DNA of 64,000 nucleotides from Myxococcota bacterium (GTDB lineage Bacteria; Myxococcota; UBA727; JAHDBA01): NCBI GenBank assembly GCA_020630615.1, contig JAHDBA010000005.1, positions 38,709 to 102,708 of the forward strand, read 5' to 3'. Shown piece by piece: positions 18,255 to 28,714 of this stretch (position 1 is its first letter; each line of letters starts with the position of its first letter). The notes under the pieces were generated by a model. It saw only the letters and a program-made list of their open reading frames with translations, ran no database searches and was not told where the DNA came from. The position numbers and the translations under genes were made by a program.

Positions 18255-21200
18255 ATGTTAGAGCAACAAAAGGATCGAAGAAACCAATCACGAATAGCAA
18301 CCTCATCCTATATCGCTTTAATGCTTGTTATGGGTGTTGCGCCAAACCTCTATGCCATTTGTGGCGATGCTATCTTTGATGCAGGCGAAGAATGTGAAGA
18401 TGGAAATGCTCTCTCCAATGATGGTTGTTCTTCGACGTGTCAACTTGAATGGGAATGCGACAATCGTTTTATACGTCGTCCCAATGGTGTCAGTTCGGAC
18501 AATGCTCCAGCTCCTTTTGGCTCGAATGTTCTCGGTCGAACCTTAGATATCTCCTCGGTGACCGGCTATGTTCCCAGTGTTGACTTGAGTGGAGGTGAAG
18601 TCATCACCTACACGATGTCTGAAGATGTTCATACCAATGGTATTAACGTCGATAACCAGGTCAGTGGTTCGTCATTTTTTAGTGCAGCAGGGATTCAGAA
18701 TTTTGACTTGGTATTTCGCGACAGTGCTGGAAATATCTTGATGACCCTGAGTGGTTTAACCTTGGTCAACACGGACGGGCAACAAATCTTAAACTTTCCA
18801 GGTTATATCCTAAATGTTCGCTCCTTTGAGTTTCGAGTTCAGAGTATTTATACATCGTTGAGTTCTCGTGATGGTCAATGGAGCGACATCGGTCTCGCAA
18901 CCCATCATGAGTGCTGTGGGGATGGTGTGACCGGTGCCCTCGTTGATCCGCCAATCTCAGGTTTCCCTGTGGCCGAAACATGTGACGATGGCAATCGGTC
19001 CCGTGGAGACGGTTGTAATGATACATGCCAAGTTGAGGAATGTGGAAATGGTATTGTCGATCAAGGTGAGGGATGTGACGATGGCAACCTCACGCCTGGT
19101 GATGGATGCAATCAAGTGTGTCTTCAAGAGCTTTGTGGCAATGACTTTCTAGACGTCGGTGAAGAGTGTGACGACGGAAACAATATTGCGGGTGATGGTT
19201 GTTCTTCGATCTGCAACGATGAAATCTGCGGCAACTCTATCGTCGATGTTGGTGAAGAATGCGACGACGGTGCAACTATTAACGGTGATGGATGTTCATC
19301 CACCTGTGTACGTGAAATTTGCGGTAATGGTGTTCTCGACCCCGATGAGGAATGTGATGATGGCGGTGTCGCTTCGGGTGATGGTTGCAACGCCATTTGT
19401 CAGCTTGAGGACTGTGGCGATGGAAAAGTCGATGTCGGCGAAGCCTGCGACGACAATAACAATACGTCTGGTGATGGTTGTTCGAGCACATGTACGATTG
19501 AAGTCTGCGGTAATGGTGTCATCGATGCCAATGAGCAATGTGAAGATGGCAACACAGAACCTGGGGATGGCTGTGACGGCTTATGTCGCCTTGAAGCCTG
19601 TGGAAATGGGCGCGTTGATTTCGGTGAGGCGTGTGATGATGGAAATGCGCTTTCAGGTGATGGTTGTTCAGCAGCCTGCAAACAAGAAATCTGCGGCGAT
19701 GCGACAGTCGATCAAGGCGAAGCCTGTGATGATGGTAACACTGAGAATGGTGACGGATGCTCCGCAACGTGTGAGCGTGAAATCTGCGGTGACGGTACCG
19801 TTCATGTCGGTGAAGCGTGTGACGATGGTAACAATGCTGCGGGTGATGGATGCAATCCATTATGCCAGGTTGAAGAATGCGGAAACGCTCGCGTGGACTT
19901 CGGTGAAGAATGTGATGATGGAAACATTCTCGGCGGAGATGGTTGTTCAGCAATGTGTGCTCTTGAAATTTGCGGGAACGGAGTTTTAGATCCGGGTGAA
20001 GAATGCGACGATAGTGGGACAAGCGGAGGTGATGGTTGCTCTGCATCATGTACGACTGAAGTCTGCGGGAATGGAACCTTAGACTTGGGCGAACAATGTG
20101 ATGATGGGAACACGAGCGTGGGGGATGGCTGCTCCGACCTGTGCGGAATCGAAGCTTGTGGAAATAACAATCTCGATAGTGGTGAAAGTTGCGACGATGG
20201 CAATCTCATTCCGGGCGATGGATGTTCTCCCCTTTGCGGAATCGAAGAGTGCGGGAACGGCGTGCAAGATCTTGGTGAAGGCTGCGACGATGGCAACGAC
20301 CTTGATGGTGATGGCTGTTCTTCATTGTGTGTGCTCGAGTCATGCGGGAATGGAATCATCGACCCACTGGAAACCTGTGATGATAGCAACAACGAGGGTG
20401 GCGATGGATGTAGTGCAGGCTGCCAGCTCGAAGAATGCGGAAACACTTTTGTCGACGTAGGTGAGCAATGTGACGACGGCAATGTCACTTCGGGTGACGG
20501 ATGTGATTCAACGTGTGCGATTGAAGTTTGTGGTAATGGTATCTTGGATGATAATGAAAATTGCGATGATGGCAATGTCGATGCAGGAGACGGATGCGCA
20601 CCGGATTGTCTGCTTGAGGAATGCGGCAATGGAGTTCAGGATATTGATGAACTTTGTGATGACGGGAACACGTCGCCTGGCGATGGTTGTGATGAGAGTT
20701 GTAAGACCGAGCTTTGTGGTGATGGGATTCTTGATATTAATGAAGCTTGTGATGATGGTAATATTGTGGATAACGACGGATGCTCTTCGTCCTGTCGGAT
20801 TGAAAACCTATGTGGAAATGCCAACGTTGATGCAGGTGAGGAGTGTGATGATGGCAACAACGACAATGATGATGGTTGCTCGAGTGTTTGTGTTTTAGAA
20901 AACTGTGGCGACGGTACTCGAAACAACGGTGAGGGATGCGATGATGGAAATACCCTCGATGGAGATGGATGTTCGTCAACATGTCAACCTGAAGTCTGCG
21001 GTGATGGAACCTTGAATGCGGGAGAAGAATGTGACGATGGTAACATTCTTGACGACGATGGGTGTTCATCGACATGTGAACTGTCCTCAACGGAGGAGAC
21101 TTGCCTGATGGACAGCGATTGTTCGGAAGGATGTTGTAGCGAAGGCTTATGTTCGCTTGAGGCATGTCCCGAAATATTAGATGGCCCGGATTGGCCAGGG

Positions 21201-21332
21201 GACCCAGATTACCAAATCACCGGTGGGGTACATCACTGTCAGACCAGCTCGGGACAATCGTTACTCGTTCTCTGCTTCGCACTGCTTAGCCTTTTGAGTC
21301 GAAGACAACTTTTACACTTGGTCAATGCTTGA
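18255..21332 (+). CDS. Secreted protein built of ~23 tandem Myxococcus-type cysteine-rich repeats, with C-terminal sorting-type tail
   Basis: ATG at 18255 behind TAGGTG (track start 18246 is GTG). Hydrophobic signal region. Repeats of ~36 aa, CGNGxxDxGExCDDGNxxxGDGCSxxCxxE, consistent with TIGR02232-type repeats. C-terminus is HHCQTSSGQSLLVLCFALLSLLSRR. Confidence 0.7.
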   Translation: MLEQQKDRRNQSRIATSSYIALMLVMGVAPNLYAICGDAIFDAGEECEDGNALSNDGCSSTCQLEWECDNRFIRRPNGVSSDNAPAPFGSNVLGRTLDISSVTGYVPSVDLSGGEVITYTMSEDVHTNGINVDNQVSGSSFFSAAGIQNFDLVFRDSAGNILMTLSGLTLVNTDGQQILNFPGYILNVRSFEFRVQSIYTSLSSRDGQWSDIGLATHHECCGDGVTGALVDPPISGFPVAETCDDGNRSRGDGCNDTCQVEECGNGIVDQGEGCDDGNLTPGDGCNQVCLQELCGNDFLDVGEECDDGNNIAGDGCSSICNDEICGNSIVDVGEECDDGATINGDGCSSTCVREICGNGVLDPDEECDDGGVASGDGCNAICQLEDCGDGKVDVGEACDDNNNTSGDGCSSTCTIEVCGNGVIDANEQCEDGNTEPGDGCDGLCRLEACGNGRVDFGEACDDGNALSGDGCSAACKQEICGDATVDQGEACDDGNTENGDGCSATCEREICGDGTVHVGEACDDGNNAAGDGCNPLCQVEECGNARVDFGEECDDGNILGGDGCSAMCALEICGNGVLDPGEECDDSGTSGGDGCSASCTTEVCGNGTLDLGEQCDDGNTSVGDGCSDLCGIEACGNNNLDSGESCDDGNLIPGDGCSPLCGIEECGNGVQDLGEGCDDGNDLDGDGCSSLCVLESCGNGIIDPLETCDDSNNEGGDGCSAGCQLEECGNTFVDVGEQCDDGNVTSGDGCDSTCAIEVCGNGILDDNENCDDGNVDAGDGCAPDCLLEECGNGVQDIDELCDDGNTSPGDGCDESCKTELCGDGILDINEACDDGNIVDNDGCSSSCRIENLCGNANVDAGEECDDGNNDNDDGCSSVCVLENCGDGTRNNGEGCDDGNTLDGDGCSSTCQPEVCGDGTLNAGEECDDGNILDDDGCSSTCELSSTEETCLMDSDCSEGCCSEGLCSLEACPEILDGPDWPGDPDYQITGGVHHCQTSSGQSLLVLCFALLSLLSRRQLLHLVNA
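18910..21085 (+). repeat. In-frame ~108-nt tandem coding repeats (about 20-23 copies)
   Basis: The GGTGATGG(A/T)TG...TGTGA(C/T)GATGG pattern recurs with ~108-nt period, matching the 36-aa protein repeat. Confidence 0.7.
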
Positions 21333-21408
21333 TCTCAGGGCGATTTCGATAAAGTATGGAGGTGTGTCTTTCTGAGAAGAAGGGCTCAAGACATCGTTGG
21401 AGATTCAC

Positions 21409-22632
21409 ATGCCCGTAATGAAGCAAGCAGACCTTGAATGCTCTTTTTGTGGAAAATCACAAAATGAAGTTCAAAAGTTGGTTGCAGGCCCGGATGTCTA
21501 CATTTGTGATGAATGTATTGATTTATGTGCGAATATATTGGGCGATGACAATCGCTTAGAATCAGAAGACTCCAGCTTTCGATTGGAACCACCGCCGAAA
21601 ATTAAAGGATACTTGGATCGTTACATTATCGGCCATGAGCGTGCTAAAAAGGTGCTGGCTGTCGCGGTTCATAATCATTACAAACGAATATTCGATCAAA
21701 CCACTGAAGATGAGGTTGAGCTACAAAAAAGCAACGTTTTGTTGATAGGCCCAACAGGTTGCGGAAAAACGGCATTGGCCCGTGCTTTGGCGAAATATCT
21801 TGATGTGCCATTCTCCATTGCAGATGCAACAGGACTCACCGAAGCAGGGTATGTCGGAGAAGATGTCGAGAATGTTATTGTCAATCTTTTGGCTGACGCC
21901 GATTACGATGTTGAGCGAGCACAGAAAGGTATCGTCTATATCGACGAGATCGATAAAATTGCGCGTCGAGGCGATAACCCGAGTATTACTCGTGATGTCT
22001 CTGGCGAAGGCGTACAACAGGCTCTTCTCAAAATGATCGAAGGTACGGTATGCAATGTTCCCCCAAAAGGTGGGCGTAAACATCCACAGCAAGAATTTGT
22101 TGCGGTCGATACTTCCAATATTCTTTTCATCTGCGGCGGCGCCTTCTCAGGCCTTGAGTCAATTGTTGAACGTCGAGTCGGGAAGGGCGCGATTGGTTTC
22201 GTCAATAGCGGACAACAGGCACTCGATAGCGAACGCATCTTTGACTTTCTAGAACCCGAAGATCTTCTAAAATTTGGTCTCATACCCGAGTTTATTGGTC
22301 GTTTGCCTGTTCTTGCGACGCTCAATTCGATCACTGAAGAGACCATGTTGCGAATATTAAGTGAGCCACAAAATGCACTAATCAAGCAGTATCAGGAGCT
22401 TATGAAGATGGATGAGGTTCAACTTGAATTTACGGACGAAGCTTTGAAAGCTATTGCTGTAGAGGCGCTTGAACGAGGTACTGGGGCTCGTGGGTTACGC
22501 AGTATTATTGAGCGCACGATGCGTGACTTGATGTATGACATTCCAACTCAGAACACGCCTAGAGAATTGGAAACTCGGACACTTGTTATTGACGAATCAA
22601 AAGTTCGTGAGGGCGTTAGGCCTCTTCTTTAA
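21409..22632 (+). CDS. clpX: ATP-dependent Clp protease ATP-binding subunit ClpX
   Basis: Zinc-finger [12 protein letters not shown], Walker A GPTGCGKT, and sensor/arginine-finger regions. Start set at ATG 21409 (MPVMK), 6 nt after GGAG. Confidence 0.95.
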   Translation: MPVMKQADLECSFCGKSQNEVQKLVAGPDVYICDECIDLCANILGDDNRLESEDSSFRLEPPPKIKGYLDRYIIGHERAKKVLAVAVHNHYKRIFDQTTEDEVELQKSNVLLIGPTGCGKTALARALAKYLDVPFSIADATGLTEAGYVGEDVENVIVNLLADADYDVERAQKGIVYIDEIDKIARRGDNPSITRDVSGEGVQQALLKMIEGTVCNVPPKGGRKHPQQEFVAVDTSNILFICGGAFSGLESIVERRVGKGAIGFVNSGQQALDSERIFDFLEPEDLLKFGLIPEFIGRLPVLATLNSITEETMLRILSEPQNALIKQYQELMKMDEVQLEFTDEALKAIAVEALERGTGARGLRSIIERTMRDLMYDIPTQNTPRELETRTLVIDESKVREGVRPLL

Positions 22633-22806
22633 ATCGAAGGTTGATCGCCGAGTTGATGGGTCACTGAAGTAAAACCAAAAACGAGAGACTATTAAGCCCA
22701 AAACCGAGTCATGCACTGATTTTATGTGCTTTTGTTCCTGCTCGCATACAGACTTTGCTAGGCTAGAAACTCGCAGCGATTGCTTTGTGAGCATGAGGAA
22801 GACGCC

Positions 22807-25479
22807 ATGGCCGAGTCGAACAAGAAAAAATCTACGATTAAGACAATTCATCCATCTATTCCCGGGTTACCGCTTGATGTGCCCGTGCTTGCACTTCGAG
22901 ACATCGTGGTCTTCCCAGGTTCAGTAATGCCTCTCTTCATCGGTAGGAAACGATCTCTTGCCGCGATTGAGAAAGTTGTGGCTGAGCACGGAGACAAGGA
23001 GCCCAAATGGATAGCACTCGTTGCGCAAAAAAACTCGGCAACGAAGTCGCCCGGTGTCGAAGACCTTCATGATGTTTGTACTCTTGCGAGCGTACGTTCT
23101 CTCTTGATGTTGCAAAACAAGATGATGAAGATTGTGATTCAGGGGCACTACCGTGTTCGCATTGATTCCTTCCAACACAATGATGACGCAAAAGCTCCTT
23201 TCGTAGCAAGGGTTGTACCTTTCACAGAAAAGATTGATGGTTTCAAACTTGGTAACGATGCTCAGTACCGATTGCCTACGTCCTATACCAGCGCAACACA
23301 AACTCTTGATCGTGAAATACTGCTGAAGTCTTTTCAAAGTTGGGCCAAAACTCGTGCCCGTTTCAATACGAAAGTACTTAAAAATTTAGCGCGCATTGAA
23401 GACTTAAATCAACTCACTGATGTTGTTGTTGCGCAGCTCCCCTTGGACGTACAGGCACGTCAGAAAATCTTAGCGGAAGAGAATCTTCAAGCTCGGGTCA
23501 AAGAGCTCAATGAGTTGCTTTTATTCCAAGCCAGTGCTGAACAAAGTGAAGTCAGTTCACCCTCAAAGAGCAAGAAGAGCAAGAATCCACAACAAGAAGC
23601 AATGGAAGCCCTACAAGAAGAGATGGCTGCCGAGTTTGCTGCACTAGAGCAAAGTTTATATTCAAAACCACTTTCCGATGAGGCACGTGAGCGCGTTCAG
23701 CGTGAACTCAAAAAACTACGTCTTACTTCGATGATGTCCGCCGAGGCCTCGGTGGTGCGTTCGTATCTGGATTGGGTTGCTGCCTTGCCCTGGCTTAACT
23801 ATTCCGAAGACCGAATAGATATTCAAGCCGCTCAAAAGATCCTCGATGAAGACCATTACGGATTGGATAAAATCAAAGATCGGATTTTAGAGCACCTTGC
23901 AGTGCAAAAGCTGGTCGAAAGACCACGCGCGCCAATTCTATGTTTGGCTGGACCTCCCGGTGTGGGAAAGACTTCTCTAGTGAAGTCGATCGCACGCGCA
24001 ACCGGACGTGAGTATGTACGTTTAAGTCTGGGCGGTGTGCGCGATGAATCCGAAATTCGAGGTCACCGGCGCACCTATATCGGGGCAATGCCAGGGAAGA
24101 TTATTGCAGCGTTCAAACGCGCAGGGACGAGCAATCCTGTCATGTTGTTGGATGAGATTGATAAGATGTCGACAGATTTTAGAGGGGACCCGAGTGCTGC
24201 GCTGCTTGAAGTCTTGGATCCCGAACAAAACAGTGCTTTTGTCGATCATTATTTGGATCTTGATTATGATTTGAGTCGAGTGCTTTTTATATGCACTGCA
24301 AACAACTTGGGTTCGATATCCGGCCCTCTTAGAGATCGTATGGAGATTTTACGCCTTTCAGGCTATACGGACACAGAAAAGAAAACGATTGCGAAGAACT
24401 ATTTGATTCCGAAACAACTTGAAGCCAATGGGCTTGCGGTCTTCAAGAACAAACGATTAAAATCAGGCCGGCCAAGTCAGGAGCGCGGAGCCAAAGTCAA
24501 GTTTCAGGACTCTGCGCTTTCATTAATATTAGATCGCTACACTCGAGAGGCAGGTGTACGTGATTTGGAGCGGGTCATAGGAACTTGTGCGCGTAAGACC
24601 GCCATTGAATTGCTTTCGAAGCAAGGAGAGCCCACAGCGAAGGATTGTGCCAAAGCTAGAAAATTGCTTCAAGCCAGTACTGAAGGCGCTGAGGTCGAGA
24701 GTGAGTTCAGCGATGACCAAGTCCTGAAACGCGCACGACGCGAGAAGCTCAATGGGCTTGAAGTGAGCATGACTCCTGAACGTGTTCGCGCATGTTTAGG
24801 TGTTGAACGGTATCGCCGAAATCGCAAAGATAAAAAGAATCAAATTGGTGTAACGAACGGTCTTGCTTATACTTCGGTCGGCGGTGAAGTCCTTCTAACG
24901 GAAGTTCTTTTGACACCTGGGAAAGGTAAACTACAGATCACAGGTAAGCTTGGCGATGTAATGCAGGAGTCAGTAAAAGCCGCGATGGCCTATGTCCGGA
25001 GCCGAGCATTGAACTTTGGATTGCCGCCCGATTTTTACGACCGTATCGACGTGCATCTTCATGTTCCGAAAGGTGCAACACCTAAAGATGGACCCTCGGC
25101 AGGAATCACCATCGCGACTTCGTTGGTTTCTGCGCTGACCAAAATTCCGGTACGTAAAGATGTTGCGATGACTGGTGAGATTACTCTTCTGGGCAAGGTT
25201 CTGCCGATTGGTGGCTTAAAGGAAAAATCTTTGGCCGCGTACCGTGAAGGGATCAAGGAGATCATTATTCCGGCAGATAATGTTATCGACCTTGAGGATA
25301 TTCCGGAGAAGATTACTTCCAACCTCAAGTACACCCCAGTTGAACACCTCGATGAAGTGTTGGAACTCGCATTGGCACACCCCGACATTCTTGGTCACTT
25401 TAAAAGTCTATCAAAGAATGATGTTCACGACGTCTTCGATCTTTCTCCTTATCGCACTCAAAGTGGGAAGGTGCACTAA
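22807..25479 (+). CDS. lon: Lon protease (ATP-dependent protease La)
   Basis: LON N-domain, Walker [10 protein letters not shown], and protease domain [10 protein letters not shown] with catalytic Ser. Start at ATG 22807 (MAESNKK) behind GAGGAAG. About 100 aa longer than E. coli Lon, with low-complexity insertions. Confidence 0.93.
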   Translation: MAESNKKKSTIKTIHPSIPGLPLDVPVLALRDIVVFPGSVMPLFIGRKRSLAAIEKVVAEHGDKEPKWIALVAQKNSATKSPGVEDLHDVCTLASVRSLLMLQNKMMKIVIQGHYRVRIDSFQHNDDAKAPFVARVVPFTEKIDGFKLGNDAQYRLPTSYTSATQTLDREILLKSFQSWAKTRARFNTKVLKNLARIEDLNQLTDVVVAQLPLDVQARQKILAEENLQARVKELNELLLFQASAEQSEVSSPSKSKKSKNPQQEAMEALQEEMAAEFAALEQSLYSKPLSDEARERVQRELKKLRLTSMMSAEASVVRSYLDWVAALPWLNYSEDRIDIQAAQKILDEDHYGLDKIKDRILEHLAVQKLVERPRAPILCLAGPPGVGKTSLVKSIARATGREYVRLSLGGVRDESEIRGHRRTYIGAMPGKIIAAFKRAGTSNPVMLLDEIDKMSTDFRGDPSAALLEVLDPEQNSAFVDHYLDLDYDLSRVLFICTANNLGSISGPLRDRMEILRLSGYTDTEKKTIAKNYLIPKQLEANGLAVFKNKRLKSGRPSQERGAKVKFQDSALSLILDRYTREAGVRDLERVIGTCARKTAIELLSKQGEPTAKDCAKARKLLQASTEGAEVESEFSDDQVLKRARREKLNGLEVSMTPERVRACLGVERYRRNRKDKKNQIGVTNGLAYTSVGGEVLLTEVLLTPGKGKLQITGKLGDVMQESVKAAMAYVRSRALNFGLPPDFYDRIDVHLHVPKGATPKDGPSAGITIATSLVSALTKIPVRKDVAMTGEITLLGKVLPIGGLKEKSLAAYREGIKEIIIPADNVIDLEDIPEKITSNLKYTPVEHLDEVLELALAHPDILGHFKSLSKNDVHDVFDLSPYRTQSGKVH

Positions 25480-25481
25480 GA

Positions 25482-25970
25482 ATGAAGGGGTATGGATATT
25501 TGAGCTGTGCGCTTTTGTTAAGCCTCGCAGCACTCCTAAGTGCATGCTCACATGCTGATACGATCAAAAGTTTTGATGTTGTAAGGCAGAAAAAACTCGA
25601 GTGGGTTTCGATCAAGCCCGGGCATATTTATGTGATTGATATTTGTGCCACGTGGTCGGACATGTGCTTATCCAATGCACGTGCGATTGACGCGGCTTGC
25701 AAACATTCGTGCGGGCCGAAGGTTCACATGATGTCAATTCTTTTAGATCAAGAGTCGGATATGGCGCGACATGCCTATGCGTCTATCTTACAAGTGTCAC
25801 AAGAAGTCTTCACACCGGGACCGCGGTCGGCACTGGGTCAGAGCGATTTGGGAGACTTGAAAGCAGTACCGCGACTTTTGGTCCTCGACCAAGAGGGACG
25901 TATTCGAGAAGACTACCGTGGTGGGCTTGTCGCAACCGGTGAGTTGATCCAAGTGATTCAGAACCTTTGA
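25482..25970 (+). CDS. Small lipoprotein, hypothetical
   Basis: Signal and lipobox LLSLAALLSACSHA. 162 aa. Confidence 0.45.
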   Translation: MKGYGYLSCALLLSLAALLSACSHADTIKSFDVVRQKKLEWVSIKPGHIYVIDICATWSDMCLSNARAIDAACKHSCGPKVHMMSILLDQESDMARHAYASILQVSQEVFTPGPRSALGQSDLGDLKAVPRLLVLDQEGRIREDYRGGLVATGELIQVIQNL

Positions 25971-26005
25971 AGCAGGGCGTCTCGTTCAAAATATAAGGTG
26001 AAAAC

Positions 26006-26082
26006 TGGGGTGAGTAACGGGGCTCGAACCCGCGACACAAGGGATCACAACCCTATGCTCTACCAACTGAGCTATACCCACC
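26006..26082 (-). tRNA. tRNA-His (anticodon GTG), with genomically encoded G-1 and CCA
   Basis: Reverse complement is GGTGGGTATAGCTCAGTTGGTAGAGC...anticodon loop TTGTGAT...GGTTCGAGCCCCGTTACTCACCCCA. Cloverleaf arms pair. G-1:C73 is typical of tRNA-His. Confidence 0.85.
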
Positions 26083-26218
26083 GCAGAATCTTATTTTTAA
26101 AGAGATGGATGATTTCGTCAACCCCAAGGCAAATATTTTCCTTACCTTTTCGCACGAACCGGGACTTTTGTTGTGTTTCACGTAAGTAACCCTCCATCAA
26201 TGGGCTCATCGATATAGC

Positions 26219-26953
26219 ATGTCCAAACGTTGGTTAATTATCGGTGGAAGTTCTGGGATCTCAAAAGCATTGGTGGAATCACTACCAAGAGAAGACGAGG
26301 CGCTTCTCTTGTGTCGCCGACTCCCACAAATCGACCAGGGCTCAACCCCTACAGACTCGACTCAAGCCCAGAAGGGTGTGGCTTTTTCACATATTCCTTT
26401 TGATATTGCTTCACAAACGCCCGCGTTTCCCGAAATATTGGGTCAAGTCGACACTCTCGTATATTGCCCTGGAAATATTACCTTAAAGCCCGCAAAGCGA
26501 TTAAGCTCTGAGACGATTCGTTCCGACTTCGAGCTCAATGCTCTTGGTGCCTTTCAGACATTTCAAAAATACACACCCAATCTACTTGAGTCACCCAGTG
26601 CTTCGGTGATCTTCTTTTCGAGTGTGGCGGCTCAAGTTGGCATGCCTTTTCATGTTTCGACCGCGATGGCCAAAGCCGCTCTCGAAGGTCTAACCCGTTC
26701 ACTTGCCGCAGAGTACGCAAGCAAAATACGAGTTAACGCCATAGCGCCTACCCTTGTTGATACTCCATTGGCAGAGCGATTTCTATCAAGCGATACCAAA
26801 CGAGACGCGATGTCTGAGCGTCACCCTTTAAAGCGCATTGTGAGTCCCGCTGAAGCGGCATCGATGGTTTCTTTTCTAGCTTCTGGGGCGTCTGTTTCCA
26901 TTTCTGGGCATATCTTGCCCCTCGATTCGGGTTTGGCTTCGATTCGCTCTTGA
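26219..26953 (+). CDS. Short-chain dehydrogenase/reductase (SDR) family oxidoreductase
   Basis: IIGGSSGISKAL cofactor-binding motif and a downstream SSVAA...AMAKAALEGL (YxxxK-like catalytic region). Confidence 0.65.
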   Translation: MSKRWLIIGGSSGISKALVESLPREDEALLLCRRLPQIDQGSTPTDSTQAQKGVAFSHIPFDIASQTPAFPEILGQVDTLVYCPGNITLKPAKRLSSETIRSDFELNALGAFQTFQKYTPNLLESPSASVIFFSSVAAQVGMPFHVSTAMAKAALEGLTRSLAAEYASKIRVNAIAPTLVDTPLAERFLSSDTKRDAMSERHPLKRIVSPAEAASMVSFLASGASVSISGHILPLDSGLASIRS

Positions 26954-26984
26954 TGCGAGATCCTATTCGCTTAGTTTAGAGCTC

Positions 26985-27632
26985 ATGAAGCTTGATGCAC
27001 CGGCCACGTCACGAAATTTTTCTCCGATTCACGATCTTTTAATTGAACGAAACCTTTTGTGTCCCGGTGTGCGTATCCTCGAGATTGCCTCCGGAACAGG
27101 CCAGCATGCCTATGCGTTTTTAAGCCGGTATCCCGAGTTGCTCTGGCAAACCAGCGAACCTAAACTTGAGGGTGTTTTGAGTATTCAAGCATATTTGAAG
27201 GAGCTTCAAACAAAGTCAACAAAGAACAACCACTATGGAGCGAAACTCAATCTTTTGGAGCCCATCCACGCGGATATCAAAGGCCTTATGACTCGGCTTA
27301 AGTCGAACTATGACCTCATATTTACATCAAACCTGCTCCATATCTCTGAAGCCAGTACGACACCAAACTTCTTTACCTTGGCATCTCAGGTAGCCTCTCC
27401 TCAAGGCAAATGTTTTATCTACGGGCCCTTTAATCGGAAGGGTCAATATACCAGTGAATCGAATGCCCGTTTTGATCAAGAGTTCTTAAAAGCTCAGAAT
27501 GACGAGTGGGGACTTCGGGATATCGACTGGGTTCGCGAACACGCTCAAAACATTGGATGGTTGCTTGAAGACGCCATTGATATGCCAGCGAATAATTTTG
27601 CCTTAATATTTAAACGAGCGGTTTCCATGTAG
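26985..27632 (+). CDS. SAM-dependent methyltransferase, DUF938-like
   Basis: ILEIASGTGQHA glycine-rich SAM motif. About 215 aa. Sits in the same operon-like block as the mevalonate genes. Confidence 0.45.
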   Translation: MKLDAPATSRNFSPIHDLLIERNLLCPGVRILEIASGTGQHAYAFLSRYPELLWQTSEPKLEGVLSIQAYLKELQTKSTKNNHYGAKLNLLEPIHADIKGLMTRLKSNYDLIFTSNLLHISEASTTPNFFTLASQVASPQGKCFIYGPFNRKGQYTSESNARFDQEFLKAQNDEWGLRDIDWVREHAQNIGWLLEDAIDMPANNFALIFKRAVSM

Positions 27633-27718
27633 CCAGGAGCGCGCTTTGATAGGAGTATTCCGCATTTATGGACTTGAAGCGATTCTATGAATAAAGTTTA
27701 TGGAGTGAAGGGGGGGCC

Positions 27719-28702
27719 ATGGTTTGGTCGCAAGCACATACCAATATCGCATTGATAAAATATTGGGGTAAAGCCCTTTCAAAACAAAATATTCCAGCGA
27801 CGGATTCTATCTCACTGACACTTGATTCCTTTTGGACGCGTGCGCGTGCAGAAGCATCGACGGGTATTGATAAGGTTGTCGTTCACGGAGAAGAGCTTAA
27901 TCCGGTTGAGGAAAAACGCGTCTTGGACTGGCTTCAGGCTGCACGTAGCGTACTGACGTTGCCCAATGCGATTGTGCTTGAAACATGGAACAATGTCCCG
28001 AAAGCTGCAGGTCTTGCATCCTCCGCTTCCGCTTTTGCGGCGATGGCGACAGCTCTTGCACGGGTGAGTCTGGGTTATGACCCGCGCTTCAACTCCAAAG
28101 AGGATGCCATAAAAGAGATCGCAAGGTTGGGTAGTGGTTCCGCACTGCGTTCGCTACAAGCTTCCTTTGTACGCTTACGTCGCCATGGGAGCGAAAATGT
28201 TGCCATCGAAAAGATCGACACACCATTGGAAGATGAGATTCGTGTCATCGCACTTCTTCTCGATACAAAGGCAAAGAAAATCGGTTCAAGAGAAGGGATG
28301 AAGCGTGTTGCAGAATCGAGTGCTTTCTACGAGGCATGGCTTTCGGAGCATCCGACCGACGTTGAAAACTGCCAAGAGGCGCTTGAAAAAGGGGATTGGC
28401 ATCGTGTGGGCGCATTGATGGAATCATCAACATTAAAGATGCATGCAACCTGTATGGCTGCAACCCCCCCGTTTTGGTATTTTCAGCCCGATTCAATTAA
28501 AATTATGAACTGGGTCACCGAAGCACGGCTCAAACAAAAAGGGTTGTCGACCTATTTCACGATGGATGCAGGAGCAAACGTTAAAATATTTTGTCTTGCC
28601 CGTGACCTCAAAGAGACCGGTGATGCACTTCAAGAAATTGTTCCCAATGCCAAAATACAGATTGCTTCAAAGGGACCGAAGCCACACGAAGAGAAAGGTT
28701 AA
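27719..28702 (+). CDS. mvaD: Diphosphomevalonate decarboxylase
   Basis: Hallmark N-terminus NIALIKYWGK, with GHMP-kinase fold motifs (AAGLASSASAFAA). Confidence 0.85.
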   Translation: MVWSQAHTNIALIKYWGKALSKQNIPATDSISLTLDSFWTRARAEASTGIDKVVVHGEELNPVEEKRVLDWLQAARSVLTLPNAIVLETWNNVPKAAGLASSASAFAAMATALARVSLGYDPRFNSKEDAIKEIARLGSGSALRSLQASFVRLRRHGSENVAIEKIDTPLEDEIRVIALLLDTKAKKIGSREGMKRVAESSAFYEAWLSEHPTDVENCQEALEKGDWHRVGALMESSTLKMHATCMAATPPFWYFQPDSIKIMNWVTEARLKQKGLSTYFTMDAGANVKIFCLARDLKETGDALQEIVPNAKIQIASKGPKPHEEKG

Positions 28703-28714
28703 AGGGTTTCAACG

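Noticed and set aside
18910-21085. Regular ~108-bp periodic repeats that could be mistaken for a CRISPR array or non-coding satellite
   Set aside because: The repeats are in frame within one ORF and encode a conserved 36-aa Cys-rich unit. There are no unique spacers and no cas genes.
19124-21165. Many antisense and out-of-frame ORFs of 60-276 aa within the Cys-repeat gene, for example 19159-19989 (+), 19802-20629 (-), 19519-20049 (-) and 20737-21165 (-)
   Set aside because: They sit inside a long, periodic, strongly supported + strand reading frame. Their translations are low-complexity (H/R/S/P-rich) products of the repeat's alternative frames and have no start context. They are artefacts of repetitive sequence.
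25970-26220. Integrase or mobile-element boundary at tRNA-His
   Set aside because: There is no integrase or transposase ORF and no duplicated tRNA 3' segment within the window. Flanking genes are ordinary metabolic genes.
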